Assembly: GCA_051362555.1 (NCBI GenBank)
Contig: CM120640.1
Location: 55,964,788-56,028,787 of the forward strand
Length of the DNA stretch: 64,000 bases
Direction: 5' to 3'
Source: Lingula anatina
Taxonomy: Eukaryota > Animalia > Brachiopoda
In this document: piece by piece, positions 1 through 40,899 of the stretch
Numbering within the stretch: the first letter of the stretch is position 1
Layout: each line of letters opens with the position of its first letter
Translations under genes and position numbers: made by a program
Notes under the pieces: model-generated
What the model was told of the DNA's origin: nothing
The model's input: the letters and a program-made list of their open reading frames with translations, nothing else
Database searches by the model: none

Positions 1-269
1 AATTTAACTTGAACACACCCAGCCTCCCAATGTTCAGAAATTCACCATAAGACTGGGATATGGACTTTTTCTCACAGTTTCATGGAAGAAGATAAAAACC
101 TGCATTTTCTGTAGCTTCACTAAGTGGAAGCTCGTTATTAATCAGTCACACACTGTTCTCCTTAAGCATAGATGATTTAGGTAATGTATGTGAATGATTG
201 GACCATTTTTACCCACACAGTTCACTCTTTTGTTCAACTTATTGAAGTCATTTAACATCTTATTTTTAG

Positions 270-3200
270 GTATGAGTTTACTTGGTGGACATGCAGTTTT
301 CCTTGGTCCTGATGACATTCATCTTGGAGTCAATGAATCACTGCAAGACAGTGCAAAGTAATAAGATATACAGACATAAGTAAATAGGAAACTTGCATAT
401 TCTAGACTCATTTCAGCAAAATGTATATATTTTTTGGCCAAAACTAAGTAAAATGTCAACCAAACAGTATCTATTTACAAAAGCAATAAAATAAAATCCC
501 ATATATAATAGTGAAAATTGATTATTCTGTGGTAATTGGCAAAAAATGGTATGTCATATCTAATTCCAAGCAGCCTTAAAGGTTAAGTAATTAGAATAAT
601 ATTTATGCATGTAGAAGTAAAGTTTATGCAAATATTACAGAAGTGTACAAGGATTATTGAAATTGGGCCAAATTGTTCCTCATGAAATGGATTTTTCTTG
701 TCCTTTTGATGCTTTGACCAAATGCCAAGTGTCAACTCGTCTCCATTCATTCAGTTCAAAGGTCATTATAACTTATTTTGAAATTTTTGGTTGAATTCAA
801 AATTAAGAGTGACCTAGGGTGGACCAAATTTCAAAATAGACACACCTTGTTTCAGCACATTTCAGTCTATTTGTATTGTTCAAATTTTACTCCATCATAA
901 TTATCTTATTTTAAAGTCATTGGGAGAGGAAATATACAGTAAGCTTGCTTTATTTTCACACAAAAGGTGTGCCCCCTCCCTATGCAATTTTTCTTTTTAA
1001 ATAAAAAAAATCATACTGAAAGGGCATCATTTCATGAACTGCTGTGTACATATTACAGGGTACTAAGCAGAATGACAGATGTTGTCTTAGCCAGAGTCTA
1101 CGGTCAGTCTGACTTGGAGGAACTCAGTAAATATTCCACAGTACCTATTATCAGTGGATTGTCTGACATGTATCATCCCTTACAAATACTGGCAGATTTC
1201 CAGACTCTGCAGGTAAATGAACATAATAATTTTCACTAGTAAAACTTTTATTTTCATAAGAGCTAGTCCATTTTAACTAAATAAATCTCAATTTGTGTTA
1301 AAGTTCTCTTGTAAATTTATCTAAATTGGCTTCAGTATCTCTTACTTAAGAATCACTTTGACATATATTATGTACTTTGTGAATAGTATCTAAAAGTAAC
1401 ACACATACAAATTAATCAAATCCTATAATAATTAAGAAATGTACTTGAAAGAGATTTCCGACTTCTTACAGACATTGGCACTGAAGTTTTCTGACTTCAC
1501 ACAGATATCTGCACTAGCCTGAGGCCTAGAACTAGCTTGCATATCTAAAAAATTGCAATACAGCCCTATATTTATCCAAAAATATTATCTGAAAACTGTT
1601 TGTCCTTTCTGTAAAGTGAAGGAAGATAGCTACACTTCATGTGCCATTGTATCAAATACAATTACATGTAGTAATGGAAAAAAAGTATCCCGAATTTCTT
1701 GTATGTGCAGTAATAGAAAAAAGTACCCCCAACCTTCTGTACATAAGCGATAAGGAGAAATTTATTGCTATGTTAACAACTCGGGACAGCTGAATGTAAT
1801 TCATTTAAGTAGAAATTTTTCCAAACTTGTAGTGGGCCTTGTTAGTGCATAATTAGCATAAATAATTTCTTACACTACATTGCATCATATTTTATCTTCT
1901 GTTGTATTATACTGTTTTTTCCTCTGTAATTAACATATTTCATCTTATCACCACATTCATTAAATGATAATAAAATCTAGACCATTTACAATAATTTACA
2001 TTGTCAGAAGTGAAAATTTGATAAATATAAAATCTTACAGATGTCCTAATGTCCATATACTCCATAACTCAGTCAAGGAAATAAGTTTGGAGATAGTACC
2101 AGTAAGTAGTCCATTTTGAACACATAACCATGCTGATGTGTTAGAAATCAAGATTTCAATTATTTTATTTCCTCTTTTTCAAATCATTCTCTTTTGCATT
2201 TCAGGAGCATTTTGGTCAGCTGAAGGGGTTGAAATTGGCTTGGGTTGGAGATGGTAACAATGTTGTCCATTCATTTATGATGGGATGTCCCAAGCTTGGA
2301 ATGGATCTGAATATAGCCACTCCTAAGGTATTGCTCCAGAAAATCAGTTTGAGTCTTTTAAGTCATAACAGTGTGACAGTCCTTAAGTTTTTATAGTCAC
2401 TAGTTGTTTTTAGTTGTAAAAGGATTATTACCTCCGCCAAGGAGGTTATGTTTTCACTCCTGTTTGTCTGTCATCAACATAACTCAAAAAGTTTTGGACT
2501 GATTTTGATGAAATTTTCAGGAACTGTCAGAAGTGGGCCAAGGAACAGATGATTAGTTTTTGGTGGTGATCCATATCAATTATCAATCAATAATCAATAA
2601 TAATCAAAAATCGCCTTGGCAGAGGTCTGTGCTCTCGGAGTGTTTTTCTAGTAATGACAATATTTTCTAATAGGTGAAAAGCTTTATTTTCATTTCTAAG
2701 TTTGTTTGCTTTGCTTTAGGGCTATGATGTTGATCCCAAAGTAAAAGAAGATGCAGTAACTTTAGTGAAACAGGCAAGTAAAATAGTCTTAATTATGGTA
2801 ACAATAAATACAGGACACAATGTGAACTAGCTATATATCCAGGACATTTTCACAGTGCTTTTTTTACAGCAGTCTTACTAAACGAATTTAGTACAGTCTC
2901 TGACAGTTCTGCGTGCTATCCATATTGGTGTTCAGAATTCAATAAAATATTGCTTCTTATATCACTGTGGTATGGCATTTTAGGATAATTAACATTTGAT
3001 ATCCATTTTTGTGTGAAAAACATGCCAACCTAATGGGTCAAACTAGCATATTTATCTTATAACAAAGTTTTTACTTATATTACACCTAATCTGTGAATCA
3101 GTGATAAATTGACAAAAATAAATAAATCAATTTTCTTTGCCAAAGTAAATTTATTATTTTTATAAGCAATGACCAATAGTTGTATAAGCATTTCTGATGA

Positions 3201-4349
3201 AAACAAAATGACACAACATTCACTTTTTCTAGTCTGGCACATCAATGAATTTCACCAGGGACCCTATGGAGGCAGTAGCAGGGACTGATGTGGTAATTAC
3301 AGACACCTGGATCAGTATGGGGCAGGAGGCAGAGTCGAAGAAGAGAATCAAAGACTTCATGGGATATGAAGTTACAAAGGAGGTCAGATTAACCAAAAAG
3401 GGAATCTTTTATTATTGTAACCCTTGGCTTCATTATCATCCAATTACCGAAAATGAGTTTTTTCCTGCATCAAATTATTCAAAAATGCATCTATCTTTGT
3501 GCTGATTTAAAACAATGGGAAAGCCCTCGAAAATATAAAATGTCGACGTTGCAATCAATAAGCATAAGCAATTCAAAGCTTTCATCATCAATTTAGCACT
3601 TTTCTATTTTGAGGTGATATAGCAGTTGGTATGGGGCGTAACTTGGTTTGATATATATATTTTTAAATTTTATATCCACATAGCATCAAAACCACTATCA
3701 GATGTGAAAATCTGAGATTCATTCCTGCATAGACAAAATGCATAGTGCAGCCTGTAAACCTATTAGCCGTGCATGAAAAAATGTAAAGTGCATGTTAAGT
3801 AAATTAAAATAGTTACGTTTGATTTGGTCATGCTCCAGATGATGGCTGCTGCTGGACCCCATGCCATATTTATGCACTGTCTTCCGAGACACAAGGAGGA
3901 GGTCAGTGATGAGGTGTTTTACGACGAAAAGAGGTCAGTTGTGTGGCAGGAGGCAGAAAACAGGAAATGGACAGTTATGGTAAGTTGACATCTGTAGCCA
4001 CTTTTATTTGTCAGTAAAAATGTAATATATATCAAAATTCAAAATGATTTTTATATATTTTTATATTTATATTTTATATATCAGACATGAGCTTTTTGCG
4101 GAAATGCAGAATTCCTCGTTTTTTAATTCAATTCAGATGGTTCCTGAGATTTGTATTGTCTGATACTCAAATGTTCAGAGATTTTTTTTTTTTTGAAACC
4201 TAGGCTCATGGCTGATATATTCTGATTGGTCCGTCTGTCCGACAACTTCCAAGCCATATTTTTGCCTTACTTTAAATTTACTGAGTGGCTTTTTTTTTGG
4301 TAGAGAGGCAGTTTGCATTCAAATATTGGCACCATCTGCTTACATTTAT

Positions 4350-4392
<43 letters not shown>

Positions 4393-5323
4393 TAACTTTG
4401 GTGACGTTTGCCCCATAACTTCCAAACCATATTTTTTACATTCACTGAGTGATTTGTTTTGTTTGGCAAAGAAGCAGATTGCTTCTAAAAATTGGCACCA
4501 TCAATATACATTTACAGTAATTATTCTGATTTTTTAAATTAATTAATTAATTATTTTTTTTGCACAGTTTTGGTGACGTTCACCCCATAACTTCGAAAAC
4601 GTATCTTTGGTTTACTTTAAATTCTCTGAGTGGCTTTGTTTGGTAAAGAAGCAGGTTGCTTTAGAAAATGGGCATAATCGGTTTACTTTTATGGTAATTC
4701 TTTTTTTTTGTGTGTGAATTTTTTTACTTCTCACACAGCATTGTTTTCATTGGCTTTTATATCCCATGGAACTGAATCACTTGCTAGCTTTTAAATGTCC
4801 ATGTTACCTGTAGTACATAATGTAAGAAGGTAAGAATGATTATTCTGCTTTAAAGCATTATGTAACACTAACAGTGCATCAAAATTGGCCAAAACATTAT
4901 TTGCCGTACTTTTTTGTGTAATGTCTGAACATTTGTCAGCTTTGCTGCCCAGTTACCTGTATGGTGTCTCTATATTTGCCAGCTTTGCTGTCTACTTATT
5001 TATTAGCACAGTAATTGTGAAAAATAGTGTCTAAGATTTAATGAAACATACCAAACATTTGACAGATGATGTGATGGGTCACCTCACTGATGGTTTAGCA
5101 GTATCACAAAAGTAATCATACAATCGAGAGTCACCATCATTTAGTGTGATAAGCTTTACTTCTCTTTATTTCATGATTTTCATGTAATCCTTTAAGACGA
5201 AAGGCAACCAGAAATACTTCTTCACTTAATTACTTTATAAGTGGTATATTTTTCCATTTCTAGGCAGTGATGCTGAATTTGCTGCAACAGTACATGCCGC
5301 TGCATCCAAAACCCACATTCTAA
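270..5323 (+). CDS. OTC: Ornithine transcarbamylase, 5'-partial (last 7 exons)
   Basis: Exons 270-357, 1059-1212, 2205-2327, 2720-2773, 3233-3382, 3839-3979 and 5264-5323 join in frame. Motifs [30 protein letters not shown] and EAENRKW; stop TAA at 5321-5323. Exon sizes 88/154/123/54/150/141/60 match human exons 4-10 (88/154/123/54/150/138/60). Confidence 0.97.
2425..2651 (+). mobile_element. Short non-autonomous Helitron/Helentron-type (HINE-like) element
   Basis: Subterminal inverted repeats CCTCCGCCAAGG / CCTTGGCAGAGG, TGTT/TGTC microsatellite, 3' small hairpin and CTAG end; near-identical copy at 49030-49277. Confidence 0.75.
4190..4792 (+). mobile_element. Degenerate HINE-like element with about 3 diverged ~170-bp tandem units
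   Basis: T-rich start, ccgtctgtcc microsatellite, repeated CTGAGTG...TTTGGTAAAGAAGCAG...GGCACCATC units, ends in CTAGCTTTT. Confidence 0.45.
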
Positions 5324-6021
5324 CAATTCCAGTCGACCTGTCCAGGTCCAGTGGAGGGCATTTCATGGTTAAAAACACATTTGAAATACAGACTTTCTTT
5401 TATAGCAATTCCATAAATTGTGTTGGCTGAAAGAAATTTTAAACAAGGTTGATACATTTCCATGCTGTTGAGAGTAGTATGTTGCATTTTATGTTTGAAG
5501 GTGGGTAAAGATTGGAGTTTTCTGATCATGCACAAGAATCTCAAATTTAATATTCTGTCAGTAAAAAAATAAGTTTATTAAATTATACAGGGGAGAACAT
5601 CACAAAAATCTCTTTTGATAAATAAATTTTACAAGTATAATAAAATGTTACGGAAGTGGTGATGAGCCAGTTGTATTCTTTCAGTTATATTGAGATGCAA
5701 CAGTTAATTTACAAATAATGCCACTTAGTTACGTCCAATTCCTAAATTAAGTTGGCTAGATACCCACTGTTATGTTGGAAAATAGCAAAGACATTTAAGC
5801 TGGCTCTGGTAAGAAAAAAAAAAAAAAAAAATTCTATGTGTCGGCCTATTTAATGAGTTGAGTTTCTATGTTCCAATTGCTTGAATGAGCTAAGATCTTA
5901 CAGTGGCAGGCAACAGCTGTGAGCTCTATCATTCCAAATATTTCTGTGAAGAGTCTAATTCCCATTGGACTGGAAGCAAGGCAACATGTTTCTGCACAAG
6001 ATGTACAAAGCATGATGATTA

Positions 6022-33315
<27,294 letters not shown>

Positions 33316-33767
33316 GCCTTCGCAGTCTGCAATCAAGATGAGCTTCTATTGCAGTTCAAGCATGTGTGGTGCCATCTAGTGATAATAATAAACTGCCTGG
33401 CGGATGGATATAAAGAAACTTTCAAGTTAGTTGCACTATTTTCATCGCATTTTACCACGAATTGTGGCAATTATAAATCCATTGTAAAGATAGCCATTTC
33501 AAAGGCCCAACTGGTGTACTTGAAAAACATATTTACTTTAGAAGTGTACTTTATTAAATAAGCTAGCGAGCAAATACTTTCCTTGCGCAATATCATCCGC
33601 TTTGTGGTACGGTCTGTGGAGAGGTGACGGTTCCTGATGTATACAGGAGGCTACTAAAAGTCTGTAAAATTTTACTCTTTAAAGACCCAAAGGGATCAAG
33701 ACTTTCAATTAAATGATTTGCTTCATTCTAAGGATAACGGAGACTGCAATCTAGAGTGCAACCAGCT
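33316..33767. promoter_or_regulatory. Probable bidirectional promoter and 5' UTRs of DDX55 and GGNBP2
   Basis: Divergent start codons only 452 bp apart; locally richer in CpG. Confidence 0.7.
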
Positions 33768-36700
33768 ATGGCGAAGCTAGTAGCAGTATGTAGGACTGAT
33801 GACTACCAATTTGGGAGGAGACAAATCCCCCTCATCGTAGACGAGTCGCTTTCGGTAATTACGGTTACAGATAACACATTCAATCCAGTGTTATAATATA
33901 CCAATTTAAAGACAGAGAATACCTTGATATGTTTCTAAGATGATCCGTAAACAACGATCTCGAAGCATAATGTTCTTCTTGAAATTCCCTGGTGTGACTA
34001 AGTTACAAACTAAAAAGTAGCCAAATAATCATGCCCATAGCATACGTTGGGAGGATGTAGGCAATGTGTGTGTGTGAAATAATAACATTAATAAATATAA
34101 GTGATAAACATATATGTAGTGATGCAAGTAGATAAGAATTCTGGTATCATATAGCAAGTACCAGTGGTACAGGGTTCAAATAACACATGCAGTTTAAATG
34201 TTAATAAGATAAGGAGTTGAATATTTGGTTAAAATAATAATAATGAGATAGTTATAGAGAATACTTTATATCATACCAAAATAGACACCATTCATGTTTT
34301 TCTGTTGCTGTTTACCTTTTTCAATATGCATATAATCTGCTTTCCAGCTTGTTCTGCAGTTCACTGATACATGTATTGGGTGTGAAATGTCAACAATTAA
34401 GATGACAGAACTGGAGCGATTTGTTCAAAGATTCCATGCTTTGAGTCAGGATGAGATAGCCACAGCACTCATGGTCACAGGGAAAGAAGTTTTTAATCTT
34501 CTCTCTCAAATGGTCCCATGTGTTGGGTGCAGGAGAAGGTAAATCAATAAATGACACATTGTGCTGTATGCTTTAGTTCTCTTTTATAAAATGACTAAAA
34601 ACTTTTTTCATATTTGAAATATCATTTTTGTAGTAGGTAAAGTTTTAGTGCCGAGATGTAAATGTGTGTAAAATTTATAGCCTGCTGAACAAAACCGGGG
34701 TTGTCAGTGCACCACATTTTATGAACAACCTTCTATACTTTAATTCCATTATTTTGATATGCAGGATGTTCACCAGCAAGCTCTGTGCTCAATTTATGCC
34801 CAGAGTGTTTTTTTTTTTTTTTTTTTTTTGTGGATAGTTTATATTTAGAACTAATGCCACTATAAAGCGTTTCAATTGACTCTTATAAGCATGTTGTATG
34901 TCAAAGGTAGCATTGCGCTATTGGTGACACGTGACATGCTTTTCCTAGTAACATATTAATGATGATGGGGCAATTTTACTGACGAATTTGGTAGCTGACT
35001 CCTTCAGATCATGCAAGAGGAAAATTATTTCACATAGTAGGCTGAGGTAGTACCCTCCTTCCTCAGTTTAAAAATAAGTGTTTTTGGAGTAGGGCAAGTG
35101 GATTTTCAGAGCTTCATGCCAGATAGGGCAAATTGCTGAAAAAAGTTCACGTCAAGTCTTGATACATATAAAAATCTGATAGATGACAGATTTTAGTAAA
35201 ACTGTTAGATTTGGAAATAGATATAACGTTTAGACGTCATAACGATCATAACGTTTAGAAACAATAATCATAACGTTTAGAAACAATTTCAGAGACAAGG
35301 TCTGTAAGTTTCAACTTGAATAGATGGTAAGTGTTGCTTTTGGACTTTTGATTATTCCATTCAGTTCACAGGTGAATGACTGATAATACTTTTGTTCTAG
35401 TGTTGAAAAACTATTTGGTCAGCTTGTGGAAACAGGATACCCAGCTCTAGAGCCTCTCATTGTCGCAGCTACTTCATGTCTCTCCATCAGCAGAAATTAC
35501 CTTTTTGATCCTAAGGCTATTTATGCTTTGTTCTATATACACGGGTGAGTGTACAAATGTATTATTATGTCTAAGGTGGACGTTTCAAAATGGGTTATGT
35601 GTGAGCAGTGATATTGATATTTCTGCAGATACTATCATGATCTGTTTCTGTTTTGGTTAAAAAATCCATTAACCTACGTATAGAAATTCAGATTGGCCAC
35701 AATTTTAAAGAAAATTAAGTGAAAATGGATGGCTTTTTAGCTCTTCAAAATTTCTTGTGAATATTCTTGTCACTTCTTCATTTGATAGACATATCATAAG
35801 AGAGGTAGGAATATTTACAGACTGGATTATTTTCATATTTTAACCAATTTGATTTTCTTTCTCTTGGTTGTTTATCTAAGGGACCCACAGATATTTAGAT
35901 CGATTTATCTCCCTGGGGAGTCTCACTAAATGGCTATCAACTTAACTGGCTTAATGTCTGTCACGCCTAGTAAAGCTGTAATGGGGTAATTATCTTTACC
36001 CCCTATCTGAATCGGAAGGCGTGACAGACATTTAAGCTGGTTAGTTGATAGCAATTTAGTGAGACTCCCCAGGGAGATAGACTGATCCAGATGGATCGAT
36101 CTAGCATGGGAACCCAGTCTAAAATAAAGTCTTATTTGTATGCTATACTTAAAATGTGTTGTTTTTTAAAATACATTTTCAAGAACATGTATTCCTTTTT
36201 TCAAGTTTGTGATCCATAAAATTCCATCACCGTCATTTTTAAAATAAAAATTGAAACTTTTTTGTTGAATTATTATTATTATTATTTTTTATTTTTATTT
36301 ATTTTAATATTTTGGCTTTGATTCTGACATTACGGTGAAATATACATTATTACAAATGCTAATGCTTGTGACAAGGTGGCACGCACATTTCAAATCTTAT
36401 CTTAAACTGGGTAAGCACAAGGAATTTTTTTTCACTTAGCCAAATCACTAATTTTAAACCCTACTTTCTCCAAATGGTTTTAATTTGTCATCTAAAACAA
36501 TTCAAAGCAACCCTGTTTTACTCAGCCAGTTTAAGTCAGTTTAAGCATTTGGCTTTATTGGTGAGTGTTAGCGCTATGCAAGTGTTACCTTAACCTTTAA
36601 CTCGGATTAACAAAAGTTTAAACCCAATCAGGTCCAAGCTGACTTCAATGATGGAGTCCATCCCAAAGAGCAAGAAAAACAAGAGGTGCCAACTACATTC

Positions 36701-39700
36701 CTTGGATACACACAAATCTAAACCAACAGCGTGAGTAATGAAACTGCCAATATCTTATTTACAAACAACATAATTCAAATAATTTTTTAATAATAACCTT
36801 TCAAGTATATAACTGGCAATTGTTCCTTTTAAAACATGTACTGCTTTGCCTTAGCTGGTTTCAAACTATATGAATGAACCTATAAAGACCTATCATTTGC
36901 ATTTGTTGTATGGAATTGACATAATTTCATGGTTGACAACATTTTGGGATGAATTTATATAGTGTTCATGAACTGTGGAAGCAAACCACATAGCATTCAA
37001 CGTAAAGTAACATAAGAGTTTACTTGTATTTTACATATTTGCAGTTGGATGGACACATGGGATTTGCTATCACAAGAATGCAGGGAAGAAGTTGTTCTTA
37101 TAGACACTGAAAGCTTAATGGATACTCTAGATGTATATCTCAGAAAGCACAGGTAAGAGAGATCAGTCTTCAAAGTCGTATTTACTTTAAAGCCAGTGAG
37201 ATCATTTTAAATATTAAACTTGAGCAGTGACAACTTTTCATTTTAAATTAAAAATCACACAATAAATACATAGTAAACAACACATAAAACTGTCAGTATT
37301 TGCCTAATACTACTAAAATGGCATTTTTGTAAGTTATACAAAATCCATGCTTGCAATTAGGCCTTCAAAGTCTTGCCAGTTACTATGCAAACCATTGGAA
37401 TTGGCATTGTCAGGTGGAATCTTATGTCTATTTGAGACCTAAACAAGTAATAGTTTATGTCAGTTCACACATTAGATGCTTAGGATTGGAATATATAATT
37501 TTTGCTCTTTGAAATTCAAATTTGATTAACTATGGTGCATTCACACTTCTTATAATGGAAATAAGCCAATCAACATAAAATTATCTGATTCACAGACTTA
37601 GCGGATAGTTGGGTAGTTTCTGGTCAGATAATTCTAGGGGCAACTTGATTTCATTCCACCCTCATTATATTCATAGTTTCTTTGGGATTTTGAATTCCAA
37701 TGTGTTAATTTTCTGTTTTCTTTTCCTAGTTGTTGTAGAGGTCCCAGATCCTGCTCCACCATCATTGTACCACCAGTCACACATTGACATTCATAATAAG
37801 ACCTTGAATTTGACCTATTATTTCCCATGATTTTGTGATAAATATCAAATTTCTTAAAAAATTGTCAGTGATGATCTTTAATAAACTACATAGACCTAAG
37901 CTTTCAGATTTTGGTGAGGAGTTACACTTGGAGTATTCTTTGATGTTCATTGGGTGCATTTAATGGTAGAAGCAGCCATTATATGCCAAAACTGAAAACT
38001 CTCTCTAATCAATGGAATTATGAATACTAGAGACCTCTTGTTTGTTACATTTTGTAGAGCTTGCCAAATGCAATGCTGGAACCTTTCCCTTTGAAATAAA
38101 TTGCCTTTTTTGTAGTATTATAAAAGAAAGGTGACATAAAATGCTATATTTTAGAGATATAAGTAAGACATATTTTCAGTTGGCAAAGATTTTATTTTCA
38201 AGGACCACATTGTGGTAAATTTATTTAATTTATTTACTGCCACCACATTCACCCAACCCTAGAAACTTAAATGCGTTTATTCCCCCTGGTGGTACAGCAC
38301 CAGAAGGCAGTATCCCCTGTCAGAATCTCTATTTTCTTCTTGTTCTGTTGTCTTTGTCTTCCCGTGGCTTTAAAATAGGTCATCCAAAATTCACTGGATA
38401 TCCCAAGATTGTGCATCGACAGTCATATTCTCAATGTGCAATAAGGGTTTTTTTACAAAAACTATACTCTTATAAAAAACATGAACTAACTTTGAGTGAT
38501 GGAATGGATTCATTTACCATTGGTATGTATGGGAAAATTCTCATTTACCCCAGGAAAATTTGTTTTTCTGGTATTTTTCTTGTGAAAATGAAAAATTTCC
38601 CATCTTTATTTATTCACTACTCAATCATTGTGACCACTGGAAGTGAACATTTAAACAAGCACTTATTAGTACCACCAGCGTGTACGCTGGAGGTACTCAT
38701 GGTTTTAGTCCCGACCCGTCTCGTCCGGCTCCGCCGGCTCCGTTGGCTCCGCCGGCTCCGCGTACTGGCGCCAGATACAAGTCACCGTTACCGCTTCTCC
38801 TCCTAGACCGCAAGGACCCCTGTCTCCATCTCTTGGATTTAGGTCACATATAACCTCAACTTGAATCCCCAAGTTTTTTTGTCTCAGTCGGTGCATTGAC
38901 CTGGGCGTGACACTCGTTGAATTGCACCTTTGTCAAAATTTTTGAAAATTCAATGCCAATTATCTACCCTACGGAAGGAATTATGGGAAAAATTTCTACA
39001 GACGACTGACTGAAAGTCATATGTGGAGATTTCAAATATGCCCTTGGATTTGACCTTTGACTTTTGTTTCAAGGTCAAACGGGCCAAAATTTTCAAAAAA
39101 ACGAATTTTTTTACAAAAAAAAATTATTTTTGCTGTTATTCAGACACTACACAGACTTAACCAATAATATTATTGGAAAGTGATCCCCTTTGGGTCATCT
39201 TTCATCTCCGTGAATTTGGGGTCAATCAGTGCATTTTCACGGGAGTAGCGACCATAAGATACCGAAACTGAAAACTGTCTATTATTCGGGAACCATTAAT
39301 GCTAGAGACCCGTTCTTTTTTGCATTTTGTAGAGCATGTAAAGCCCAACACTGCAGATGGTCTCCGTTTTTTCGTATTCCATACAGTTTTCGAGTTATGC
39401 TGTATCAAAAAGTACATTGTGGTTGTGAAAATTATAACATTTAGTCCCTTATATCTCCAAAACTGGCAGAGATAGGTCTATAGTTACTATTAAAGTTGAA
39501 TAGGAAGTCACATACTGGCAATTTAAATGTGACCTTGAAATTGACCTTTGACCTACTTTTCACCGTGAATTGAACTTTGCAAATTTTGGTTCCTTTTTAT
39601 CTCCAAAACTGGCAGAGATAGGTCCATAGTTACTATTGAACTTGAATAGAAAGTCATATACTGGCAATCTAAATGTGACCTTGAAATTGACCTTTGACCT

Positions 39701-40850
39701 ACTTTACACCATAAACTGAACTTTGCAACTTTTTAATGCTTTTATTTTCAAAACTGGCAGAGATAGGTCCATAGTTACTATTGAATTTGAATAGAAAGTC
39801 ATATGAGGCAATTTACTGTGACCTTAAAATTGACCTTTGACCTACTTTTAACCATAAACTGAACTTTGCAATTTTTTTATGCTTTTATTTTCAAAACTGG
39901 CAGAGATACACCCATAGTTACTATTGAATTTGAATAGAAAGTCATTAGAGGCAATTTACTGTGATCCTTAAATTGACCTTTGACCTACTTTTAACCATGA
40001 ATTGAACTTTGCAAATTTTGTTCCCTTTTCTCTCCAAAACTGGCAGAGATAGGTCCATAGTTACTATTGACCTGGAATAGAAAGTCATTAGAGGCAATTT
40101 ACTGTGACCCTTGACCTACTTTTTACGATGAACTGAACTTTGATTGTACCATATTTAGTTTTTTTTTTTTTTTTTTTTTTGCATATTTTGAGAATTCATG
40201 TTGATTGCATTTTATAGAGCTTGTCAAGCACAAGACTGGTGGTGGAGTCCCTTTTTTTGGGTGGGGGGTCCATACGAATGCGCTTACTCCAGCTGGTGGT
40301 ACAATATCCGGAGGCGGTATCGCCTCTCTGATCCTCTAGTTTTGATGTGGTTTTATTTGGCCATCTAACTGTTCAGGTGATGAGAAAAATTTTAAGTAGG
40401 TACTCTGAAATGCTGAAAAATTGTGCTAGTAGAATGATTATCCCCATTTGGGTTTTGATTATTGGTACAATTATTTAGTACTTCAGAGTACCCTGTTATA
40501 TTTGATGTATGTTTGTTTTGGTAAGTTATGTTGGGCTGTAAAGTTATTACAGAATTGATATGAAATTTATCTACCTATTACAGGTTCTGTTCAGAATGTA
40601 AGTCCAAAGTGCTCCGTGCATATTCAATTCTGGTTGGAGACAGTACATCTGAGAAGGGCTTCTGCCCTGCGCTGTATGAAGGATTGAGGTGCTGCCCACA
40701 GGAGAGGCATCTTCATGTGTTGTGTGAAACAGACTTCATTGCCCACCTCATTGGGAGAGCAGAACCAGAGTTGGCAGGAAGGTAAAAAGTATATTATTTG
40801 CTTTGCATTATATTTGCATACTAATAAAAAGTTAGTTGAGTTGAGCTGAA

Positions 40851-40899
<49 letters not shown>

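Noticed and set aside
38348-38806. 152-aa ORF
   Set aside because: Spans repeat fragments and a HINE microsatellite; not protein-like.
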